Assembly: GCF_031769215.1 (NCBI RefSeq)
Contig: NW_026782274.1
Location: 496,001-560,000, forward strand
Direction: 5' to 3'
DNA length: 64,000 nucleotides
Source: Ylistrum balloti
Lineage: Eukaryota
The translations under genes were made by a program, and so were the position numbers. Positions 1 to 11,569 of the stretch are shown here, piece by piece; positions within the stretch are counted from its first letter, which is position 1, and each line of letters starts with the position of its first letter. The notes under the pieces are model-generated. The model saw nothing but the letters and a program-made list of their open reading frames with translations, was not told the origin of the DNA and did no database searches.

Positions 1-192
1 ATTTTAAAGATCACAAAATCGATTAGTAACTATGGTAACCAGTTCTTAATGTTTACAAGACGAACTTATATTTTGCCAGTGATTCATTTGTAATATATTC
101 AAAGTATTGAATTTTCTGCACTTAGCGAATGTGTAACATAATAGTTAGGCTTCACAGCACTGTTTAACAAAGATGTGTTCTTAAAATTACAG

Positions 193-3100
193 AAAAAATG
201 GCGGGAAAATCCTGGATGCGAGGAGATGTTTCATCACATGAGTCTATTAACAATGGACAGTATGATGAAGTGTTTGTTTGGTCACCATAGCAACTGTCAG
301 CTGGAAACGTATGCTTTATTTGTAACAAAACCACAGTTGATGGTGTCTCGTTCTTAGTTTTCATATTAGATTGCTTTTTCGTACAAATTGATAATTTACC
401 GACATTGTTTGGTCCGAAGATAATCCTCATGAATAAATGCACATGGACTTCAAGAGGAAATAAATTACATTTTCGTCCCTCTATCAATAACTAATATGTT
501 ATGGGTTGTCTTTTCTCCACCAGGGTGCGCCCCGCGTACATCCAGTGTGTGTATGACGTCTCTGACCTCATCATCAAGAGGATCATGAATCCGCTTCATC
601 ACTACGGCTTCATATACTCTATGTCTGAAAACGGGTAACCATCACTTAACAATAGTCCGAGACTGGATCAATATAAACTTCGTACTCCTTGTCTGAAAAC
701 GGGTAAACATCACTTAACAATAGTCCGAGACTGGATCAATATAAACTTCATAAACTCCTTGTCTGAAAACGGGTAAACATCACTTAACTATAGTCCGAGA
801 CTGGATCAATATAAACTTCGTACTCCTTGTCTGAAAACGGGTAACTATCACTTAACAATAGTCCGAGACTGGATCAATATAAACTTCATAAACTCCTTGT
901 CTGAAAACGGGTAACCATCACTTAACAATAGTCCGAGACAGGATCAATATAAACTTCGTACTCCTTGTCTGAAAACGGGTAAACATCACTTAACAATAGT
1001 CCGAGACTGGATCAATATAAACTTCATATGCTCTATGTCTGAAAACGGGTAACCATCACTTAACTATAGTCCGAGACAGGATCAATATAAACTTCGTACT
1101 CCTTGTCTGAAAACGGGTAAACATCACTTAACAATAGTCCGAGACTGGATCAATATAAACTTCATAAACTCCTTGTCTGAAAACGGGTAAACATCACTTA
1201 ACTATAGTCCGAGACAGGATCAATATAAACTTCATATGCTCTATGTCTGAAAACGGGTAAACATCACTTAACAATAGTCCGAGACTGGATCAATATAAAC
1301 TTCATATACTCTATGTCTGAAAACGGGTAAACATCACTTAACAATAGTCCGAGACTGGATCAATATAAACTTCATATACTCTATGTCTGAAAACGGGTAA
1401 ACATCACTTAACAATAGTCCGAGACTGGATCAATATAAACTTCATATGCTCCATGTCTGAAAACGGGTAAACATCACTTAACAATAGTCCGAGACTGGAT
1501 CAATATAAACTTCATATGCTCTATGTCTGAAAACGGGTAAACGTCACTTAACAATAGTCCGAGACTGGATCAATATAAACTTCATATGCTCTATGTCTGA
1601 AAACGGGTAAACGTCACTTAACAATAGTCCGAGACTGGATCAATATAAACTTCATATGCTCTATGTCTGAAAACGGGTAACCGTCACTTAACAATAGTCC
1701 GAGACTGGATCAATATAAACTTCATATGCTCTATGTCTGAAAACGGGTAACCATCACTTAACTATAGTCCGAGACAGGATCAATATAAACTTCGTACTCC
1801 TTGTCTGAAAACGGGTAACCATCACTTAACAATAGTCCGAGACTGGATCAATATAAACTTCATATACTCTATGTCTGAAAACGGGTAAATGTATACCACA
1901 CATACATATTGTTCGATGGCTCAAGATGTTAAGATGTTTCTATAGTGTTTAATATTAGTCCATCCTCAAACCAGCCTTATCAGCAATTGGCATGGAGAAA
2001 TATACCCTATTCTGAAAACAAAGAAATGGAGGCTTTTTTTTTTATATCTATCGTCAAAATATCGTCATATTCTTGTACCATTATTTGCCTAAAACATTTT
2101 TGCCTCCTGGTTGTAAGACGCTCCAAGAAATGAATACTGCGTGCTTCATGAAATAATATATGGTTTGATTTTGCAGCATACATTACGAGGAGTGGTTGCA
2201 AAGGAAATGTGAACATTCCTAAATATAGCGCGCCTTTATTGAAAGATATAATTTAAGGACTCTTCTGACTTGCATTGTTAATACTGAGCAAGTGTTATCT
2301 AATATGATAATGCGTTCCGATTCTTTGTTGCAGACGTAAATTTAAATACGCTTGCGATACAATACACGGACACTCGAATATGTTGATAGAACAGAGGAGA
2401 AAATTGTTAGAGACAGAGAAATCCGGATCAAGAAACGTCGACTTTCTGGACATTTTACTCACGGCAAAGGTACCTATGTAAACATATATTCTGAATCGAT
2501 GAGCAAAGGCTTGGGAACAAGTAACAAAGTAATCGTGAGGAAAAACATGGCAGTACTGTTATACTGATGTTGTTTGTTTGCAAATCTACTGACATAAAGG
2601 AATGACAATGATTCCTAAGCTATATTAAGCTTGCATTTTTTCTGTGCGCGATGATAGCCGTTCACGTGATACGCAATAGCGCTATTTATTTCTCGAAATC
2701 GCCTCCCTCTCTACATTCAAATGAAACTATTGAAAGTTGGACACAAGACATAAGTGCCATCATTCTGTCATCACATCTTAATATGAATGTATTTGTACTC
2801 CCGTTGCAGGACTCGGACGGCCAAGGACTGAGTGACCAGGAGATTCAGGACGAGGTGGACACATTTATGTTTGCGGGTCATGATTCCACAGCCAGTACAT
2901 TGTCCTGGTGTCTTTATAACCTGGCCCTACATCCCGAGTATCAGGACCTGTGTCGGGAGGAGGTGGAGCGGGAATGGGGGGACAAGTCCGAGCTCACGTG
3001 GTAGGTCAGGTTTATCTGTCTACTACAACAATACTTATGTCTTACTGTTGTCAGGATTCATAAGATAGCTCGACTGATGATCGGCAACATGTCTACATTA

Positions 3101-3623
3101 AGAAAGAACAGTTTATCATTGAATTTATAAAATAGACTAAGCGATCCGTGTACTTCTAAATTAAGTTTTGAGATTAACAACATAAATAATAACAAAGATT
3201 CTTCCTCACATTATAACGTGGTTTAATTTTCGTGGTAGGGACGACATTCACAAAGTGTCCTTCACCTTTAGCTGTATCAAAGAAAGTCAGAGGTTATTTC
3301 CACCTGTGCCAAATGTGTCCAGGTGTGCTGAAAAGGACATTACCTTACCTGATGGCCGCAATATACCAACAGGTGAGACATAACACGTGATCGACTGCTA
3401 CTATGTTTAGGTTTGTTATTTTCGCGACAGCTGACGTCATGCGAGGACGGCATCCACTTAACAATTAAAAAGAAATGTACACTGAATCAACATACTATAG
3501 AATTGTAGAAGGTTAACTTTAGTGGGTACTACAAATCCACAAATTAATGGACAGTTTAAAATTCACAATATGTTTAGTGCACGTGGAATTCTTTAGTACT
3601 AGTTAACTACGAAATAAAGAGAT

Positions 3624-3683
<60 letters not shown>

Positions 3684-5204
3684 TGCAAAATCTTAAGCTC
3701 GCGAAGGTTTGACTTTTCAGTAGAATGGTGGTCTTAAACAGTCAAGCTATGTTGAGGAAGATGAACCGACATATACACCATAGCCCTTAGCCGTCCAGTT
3801 CTAAGACCTCAGCTTTTACACGATATTCATTGACAATGAAGAATAATTTAAGCTGCTTAAATGGCATTTTGGGATGCTGCACGGACAGGAGAGCTCTGCA
3901 TATTCCTGAATGTTATATTCGAATAGTCAACGACAATATTGATAATTGTTTCTCCTTTCAGGTATGAGAATGGCAGTGTCATTGTTTGCTCTACACAGGA
4001 ACCCGGATGTTTGGGACAATCCTGAAGTACGTTGTTATATTAGTATTGATTTACCTGAAGTTCGTGTAGTACTGTAAGGGTATGAATGAACTTTTCTTTT
4101 TGATATTTCAAACATGAAAAACGCCCCTATGTAATCTGGATGTTATGTAAATATTTAGATGTATGAGTGTATGAAGTCAGTCTGTTTATGGTTCTTCACA
4201 AGACTTGTGTAGTTGATTTACATAGGTCACCTCACCAGGACAACGTGACCTGACAATGACATTAATGAACATATTTTAGATATATCTTATTTGATCAATG
4301 AAGCAGAAAACGCTTCTTCTTCGGAAACAAATTGTCGTCTTGCCCTTAAATAAGTTTCTTACGTTTGTTCATATTTTGTCTTAGTTTTACTCTTATGCTT
4401 CACACTTTAGGTCCTTAGCATCATTGACGAGACCTATAAGAACGAAACAGCTATATGATGTTTCATTTATTGTTTGGCCCTGCTGTATCTTAATATAAAT
4501 TTGTATCAGAAGGCGCTATTGACTTGTTTCTCTAGTGCAATCTTTCATAGGAGTTTAAATTTGAATTCAGATTCTGTGGACATGTCCGTATTTTTTAGTT
4601 GTTTTGATTTGTTCCCTAAATGACCTATGGTCACTTATGATTATTCGTACAGGAATTTGACCCATACAGATTTTCCGAAGAGAACAAGAAAACCAATGCC
4701 GGCTCCGGGAATTTCATCCCTTTTTCAATGGGCCCTAGGTAATATTGATACCCCCAATGTCCTTATTAATCTGAGCTAAGATTTCACTTATTTGTATGCA
4801 GATCAGACCTGAATAAATTATGTACATATCTGTATGAATTCTATGCTTATAAACTTGAGATCCGATTATATTGATACCGTACCGTTATCCTGGTAATACC
4901 GGCATATTACAAGGAAAATTAAAAACTGAATCGGCGCGGTTTACCAGTTGTCCTAAACTTAAATATTGAAAATATTAAAGATATCTGATACATCCAAGAA
5001 ATTTCGAGGAAACTTAAACTAATATTTTATTATTTCAGAAACTGTATAGGACAGGCTTTCGCAACGACCCAGTTGAAGGTTGTCGTTCCAACGGTATTAC
5101 GTAACTTCCGGTTGACCCTAGACCCCACTCGGCCAGCGGAACCGGAAGCCATGCTCATCCTTAGAAGTAAAAATGGACTTTATCTTAATATTAAAGCATT
5201 GTGA
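193..5204 (+). CDS. Cytochrome P450, CYP4 clan, 5'-partial (N-terminal exons lie upstream of the window). Exons 193-308, 524-634, 2334-2469, 2810-3000, 3239-3372, 3962-4026, 4653-4738, 5039-5204
   Basis: Eight GT-AG exons join in phase (1005 nt, 334 aa plus stop). Motifs: DFLDILL, EVDTFMFAGHDST (I-helix), ESQR (ExxR), DPYRF, FSMGPRNCIG (heme Cys). AATAAA at 5315 and 5333. Confidence 0.93.
608..1889 (+). repeat. 68/70-bp minisatellite derived from the CYP4 exon/intron junction (19 copies of GTCTGAAAACGG|GTAA)
   Basis: Core counted at 623, 691, 761, 829, 899, 967, 1037, 1105, 1175, 1245, 1315, 1385, 1455, 1525, 1595, 1665, 1735, 1803, 1873. The first copy is the real exon end and donor (634/635). 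Confidence 0.97.
3627..3681 (+). repeat. (GA)n microsatellite in a CYP4 intron
   Basis: Uninterrupted GA run. Confidence 0.97.
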
Positions 5205-5850
5205 TCAGCGATATAAATGAAACTGAAATTGCACAAAAGACGTAAAAGTGCAATATTGAACTGAAGTGTCACTCTATTTTTGAAATTAGATGGGATAGTA
5301 ACGTTAACACTTACAATAAAGCTTTACCGTACAATAAAATTATATCAATACCATATGTGAGCTGTTTCGTTATATGTTACAAGTGTATAGAGAATACATG
5401 GCCAGTGTCTTAAAATATAAGCTGTATTTTGAAGCGAGACAAAAGTGGCGAGCCTCTACAACTGACCATTTATTTTATTTATCCTGTAACACTGATTGAA
5501 AATCAGACCATCAAACTTCAACAGTTTTGTTAACTCTGTGTTTACCTGACTTTACAGTTACGCTGAACTTTGCCTGATGACGAACGTCCAAATAATTGCT
5601 CCGCGCGGAAACAATTCCAAAGTTCATCGGATATAATAGCGATTTTATGAATTTTCATAAATCAATAAATCAGTACAACATGTAAAATCGCTTATTTCAA
5701 CAACTATTTATATTTTAAACGTAAAATCTAAGTAAATTCAGATAGTAATTCTGTTGAATTACCGCACGTGCTAAATAACAGCTGTTTTCCGTCACTGCCG
5801 AATACAGCAAAATATATGTGGCAAGTGTATTCCAACAACGGCTGCGCCAT

Positions 5851-5970
5851 TGCAGTGGGTGGAGATATAGCAAACCTATGTTTGCAGGGGTGGAGATATA
5901 GCAGACCTACATTTGCAGTGATGGGAATATAACAAACCTACCGTTTGCAGGAGTATGGGGATATAGCAAA
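5851..5970 (+). repeat. About 31-bp degenerate tandem repeat (about 4 copies) between the convergent CYP4 and FMO 3' ends
   Basis: Recurring TTTGCAG..GGAGATATAGCAAACCTA unit. Confidence 0.75.
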
Positions 5971-6368
5971 TTATTCATATACACCTGCGATTACCTAGTT
6001 GAGATGGGAGGGGCAAGCACGTATATCATTTAACGGGCAAATATGTAATATGTATGATAAAGTCAGTCGGACAAGTAATCAAAAGAAATTTTATTTTTAA
6101 GTAAATGCAGAGATACAGCTGATTGAAAATGAAGGTTTACAAAATATAAGCCATCTGCATATACAAATGGTAGAATCTGACATTGAATCAATTTACTGTC
6201 GATATATTACGGGTCTTCTAACGCAACTGGAGGCTTATTTTCTGAAGTCCGTGTCACTCTATGCTTTGGATACTGGATCACTTTGTGGAAAGTTAGGAGT
6301 CTTGCATCATAATCAAATACATGGTTCATATGATACAATTTGTCACTTTGTTTCTGAAACACATACGA

Positions 6369-8226
6369 CTACGAGAATTTTACAAGATTAGTGACGTAGC
6401 CATTAGCAATCACGTATCTGAAGACGTAGAAAAGAAGGACTAAGAAACATATTTTCTTGAAGAGAAGAATCCAGCCGTCGTAAAGTCCGTCCCTCTCTCC
6501 TTCCCCTGACTGTCGCGATTTCATAGGCAGATATGTATGTTCCTCCACCCTTTCGATCGCGTTCTTGGCACCTTCCCAAGAGCCGGGACCGTCCAGGCGC
6601 CATTGTACTGGGGTAGCTGGCCCAAAATACAGTTTATACCAAAGTTTCGGATCAGAGAAGAAGTGTTTCCAGAGGTCCGGTTTACATCCGATCATTGCAC
6701 TAAGTCGGTCGAGGTACTGAATGAAGTAAACCTGCAGACTATACCTGGGAGAGTCGACATATTTCGCTTTGATAAAATCTTTGCGTTTTTCTACATGGGC
6801 AAGACGTTTGGATGCGCTAGGTAACTTAGATTTTCCAGCAAACACCCTGGTGATACATCTTGCTTGCATTTCTAAAACTGGCGGAAGCGAGCCAAACGGT
6901 TGGACTAAGCCGACAACACCGAGGGTGCATGGGTTCAAATCAGTTGGAAACATCAGTTCGTACAGATAAGGATAATGTCCTTCAATTTTGATGATTCCAT
7001 CATCAAGAAAAGGAAAATCAAAGTTGAATCCCGTAGCAAGGATGACAACATCGATGTTCTTAAGAACTGAGCCGTCGTCGAATATAGCGCCATCTGTTGT
7101 GAACTCCTTCACATTGCACTTCACATTAATAGTGCCTAGTAGGATTCTGTTCGGAAGGTCGTCGCTAATAGTGACAACACCCGCGTCAAAGCAGTAGTTT
7201 GGCGACAGGCCGTAGTTGGAATGTTTATAGCGACGATTTATACGGTGGAAGAAAACGGGTCGCATGAGACTCCAAGGCAGGCTCTGGGAAAATCTGTTGA
7301 TGGCGAGATGATCAAACGGGACGCCGTACTCTGCAGCTCTCGAGATTACATATGTCCCTCGTCGGCTTGCTACATATACCTGCAAATAGAATTATTGAAA
7401 GAATTTCACTGATTAGACCGGAAAGTTTTCTGACTGGGCGTGAAATGACAGATACAATAGTTTAGCTTAGCCACATGCAGACCAAGTAAATGATTATATT
7501 TTCATCGTGCCCATTTTCAAATTTAAGGACTTCAAAACATATTGTGATAAACTTGTCCCCTTAATGGTCAAAACAAGATCATTGTACTCTTATGCTTACG
7601 TGTTCAGCATGACGACTCAACTCGCAGGCGACATCGGAGCCGGAATTACCAATGCCGATCACCAATATTCTCTTCCCTTCGAACCCATGGAAGTCCTTGT
7701 AATCGTGAGTGTGTATGACCTTGCCTTTGAATTTATCTAGACCAGAGAATGTCGGCACATTCGGAATACTGAGGTGTCCGTTACACACAATAACAAAATC
7801 AGTCTTCACATTCCGTGATTTGCCAGTGCTTAAATTCTTCACTGACGTCACCCAACTTCCGGTGTCGTCGAAATCGTCTGCCTTTTTAACGTCCTCAACA
7901 ATGTGGCTGAAAGTTATGTAGTTCATCAGGCCAAAATTTTCTGCATAGAGTTGGAGGTATTTCTTAAAGTGTTTGTGTCCCATGAAGTTTGGGAACTCTT
8001 TGGGGATCGGAAAGTCACTGTAACAGGTCATTTCTTTACTAGTGTTAATACTACATGAGTTGTAAAGGCTTGGGTCGCCATCTTTAGACCAGTTGTGGTA
8101 ATTCCAGAGTCCCCCAATGTCCGTATCCTTCTCAAAGCATATTGGTTCCATTCCCTCGTCCAGACATTGTTTGACCGCAGCCAGTCCGGCCACACCCGCC
8201 CCTATTACCAGCACTGTTTTTGCCAT
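6369..8226 (-). CDS. Flavin-containing monooxygenase (class B, FMO family), 545 aa. Coding exons 8226-7600 and 7379-6369
   Basis: GAGVAG (FAD site), FKGKVIHTHDYK (FMO fingerprint FxGxxxHxxxY), GIGNSG (NADPH site), LATGF, hydrophobic C-terminal anchor. One phase-0 GT-AG intron (7599-7380). A pyrimidine tract plus AG sits directly before the ATG, implying a 5'UTR intron. AATAAA on the minus strand at 6095-6090. Confidence 0.95.
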
Positions 8227-11200
8227 CTGAGATAAAAAATGCTTACAGGTAATATGTAAACTGTCACGTCAACGGCGTTAACTAAAAATATCAATATACT
8301 AATTTTTGTTTTAGGGGCGTTAAAAACGTGTTTGGAAAGCTAAACATTGTCTTAACATCTTATACAAGCTTTTACAAGTCTTCTAAAAAGATCAAAAAGA
8401 TTTTTCTGGTTTTTAAGGTGCAAATCTAGTGAATTACTAGCTTGTGAAACAGGATCTTCATAGCATCGGAAATGGCGATTTATAAAAAAATCAATTTCGA
8501 AAAATTAAAAAAAGAGAGAAAGGAAACATATACAAGCATAGTAGTAGTTAATTAATTAAGTAAGTAATTATCTATATCATTATTGAACACTGAAACAAAA
8601 TATAATATTTCTCATTATGTAATAATTCTTATGATTCCTCATCTTTGAAAAGCATATAAGAATATATTTAAAAACTCACAGGAAGTATTCAGTAATTTAG
8701 CATCGTAGATGTATTTATACCAGGGTCAATCTATGGTCACCCCGTCCCTAGCCACCAACGTTCTCTTATTATAAAGCTCAAAGGTTAGGTAATGTAACGA
8801 AAAATCTGATGTCATTTTCCACGGATACATCACAAGTGTCAAAGTGTTGTATTTCCGCGATGTCTAGGTACACAATACTCATATTACTATCAACGTTATT
8901 CCTTAGATCTACAATAGGAGTATACAATAAATAAATAAATAACACATAGATAAATACAGTAAATGATACATAGATAAATAGAAAAACAGATACATAGATA
9001 AATAAATGACGATGGATTATGGCGAAAAATTAACTGAATGAGTGCGATGATGTAGATATGGAGAAAGTTACTTAGAATTAGATACATAAAGATATCAATG
9101 ATGTCTTTAAATCGACGTTTGCATCTTTTTAATTCTTTTTATTATTTATTTTTTTGTATTTCCATCTTGCTGGACATTGGCAAAGCTTGAATTGTTACGT
9201 TGTAAAATATACTCTTCACGGGCTGGTCTTTCTTATACATTGAAAAAAAATATATTGGTTAGCAAAATACGCTGATCACCTCAAATATGAGTATAGTGAT
9301 TGTGATTTTTATATACTGAAATAGGTGAAAATGTTGAGAAGTTCACCGTGATTTTATTAAGAATGGATGACAGTGAAACAGGACTTTGTAGTTCTTGAAC
9401 AGAACACGACCCAAAAGTTATCATATCTCGTTCCTATCAACGAGACTGTTTGGACAACTCGAAAGGAAAATATCGATTTCTGTAGAAATACCACAAGAAT
9501 TTCAGGGTTACTAATGTCTGTATTTTATGGTAGCATACTAGATTTTAAAAGGTTATATCTGACATTAAATAATAACATTTACAAATATTATCAAACGATA
9601 TAAAAATGAAGTGATTTCATGGATCAAACAAACTGGTACCTTTTTCGACTGAATCTGGATGCTGGCAAGCGTCTGTTGGTGTAACGACGTACAGCGATAT
9701 ACGTTCTCGTGCACACGGGGTTATATCGTCACTACTTAGATAACCATAATTACATAAGGTGAAGGTCATGAGATTTTGTACCTGTGAAACAGACGGATAT
9801 GTAACGAACTTCCATGTGCCGCGCTTTGATATTAACACTTCACTGTGTGTGTAGTCTTTCAAACTTCACAACTTTGTTTAAACAATATCTTAATCAATTT
9901 GTTTTGAAAATAAATCCAGTATTTCGGAAACAACGAGTTAAATGGCTGATCAGCAAAAGCTATGCAATAGTTTAAGTTAGCAGTTGGTACCGAATAATTC
10001 CCTCTCTCTGCACTCTCTCATTTTTAATAATGTGTTTACTATTTTTTGTAATAAACATTCTTAAGAAAAGATTATTAAACACCTGGACAGTTCAACCATA
10101 CTGTCGTTTAGTTTAAAAATGTGGAATTTTGGTACCTCAATTTAGGTCATAGATACGTGTCAAAAGTACTGTTGCTACGGATGAACAGATGAACAGAATT
10201 CTCTGTATGCTTAGGGTTGATGAAGAATATTTTGGTATGGCATTTGTTAATTTCAAAATGAATCATTGCTTTCGATCCTGAATTAACCGTTTTATATTGA
10301 CACTGCCCCGAATGAGTTGTCTCTAAGATCACTTGATGCATGGGAGACAAAATTCATCTGAAGTGAAGTGAAACACTAAAAGAAAATACAGACAAATCAA
10401 CAGAATCATAATTCAAATTCGATAGAACGGAACGTTGTGAGTGTTGGCGTTTTCAGCTTTGAATTTGAATTATCGGTATTGAACAAAGTAAGATTTTCTA
10501 CACTGCCTCTTTTTATATATTCTTCATTTCTACTACGCTTTCCTTTTGGTCTTCAGTATCAGTATATTGTTTACCGCTTCTTTTCCTTTCAGTTTACTAA
10601 TATATTTAGTCGTTTTAGAGCACGTGTGTTGAGCAAGGAATAAAAAAAAAGCAGAATTGTTCATCGCCAACTCACTCAAAAGATTAAAGGACCGTCTCAT
10701 TTTTTATTGTTTATTCCTCCCCCCCCCCCCTCCTCTTTTCTCCACGGGCCTTTAATGTTATTTATTTACGTATTGATCATATGATTTCACCGAAAATGGA
10801 AAGGAATTATGACAAAATTGTTCGTGTGCGAGCTATATTTTGTGAGTATAATTTGTAATGTTATACAAGGTTCAAATCTTATGCCTAATTAGATGATTCG
10901 ACCCGTACTGAAGAGAACAGAATATATGACTTCATATTTTTTTAATATTTAAATTGATATAAACCATTTATCAGACTTCAGAAAAAAATCCCTACCGAGA
11001 AGCATGCCATATCTACTTGTTACCAGATCCACTTGTCACCATATCTCCTGAGAACGCGACCTGTGGTGTACTTATTGTAGGTCAGCCCTGGTTACGTAAG
11101 TATGAGGGTGTTTGTCCCTTGTTTTATCTTAATGCAGTCCTGAACTATTATGTTATTGTGGTGATTTGAGTACTTAACTGTGAAACCACTTGATCTTACT

Positions 11201-11569
11201 CTAACATTTTAGCACAGTTCGATTCTCATCTACCTTCCCAACCCGACCCAATTCATTCAATTTTATTTGTTTATTCATCACCTATTTATTTGTTTCACAT
11301 CAATTCAATTTAAACATGTTGACTTATTGCAATCGTTGTTAATATCTCATTGTCAAATGCACGTACTCGTGATCTTATTTTCAAATACATGTACTAGCGA
11401 TATGGAAATAATTCAGTCGTGCCGAATTAGGGAAAGAATGTCGTGATCTCATTTTTGATCATTTATGTAAATCAACGTTCAGATTTATTTTACACCAGAG
11501 GGATAAAACACTAATGATCCACCCCACCAATGTACAAGTACTGGAATCTTACACGTAATATACAATATT

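Noticed and set aside
608-1889. CRISPR-like array
   Set aside because: Units are contiguous near-identical 68/70-mers with no unique spacers, lie in a eukaryotic intron and have no cas genes.
9300-10650. Exon-like ORFs (9367-9603 plus; 9617-9862 and 10147-10350 minus)
   Set aside because: No recognisable motif, and I could not join them into a phase-consistent, stop-free model. Possibly decayed coding sequence.
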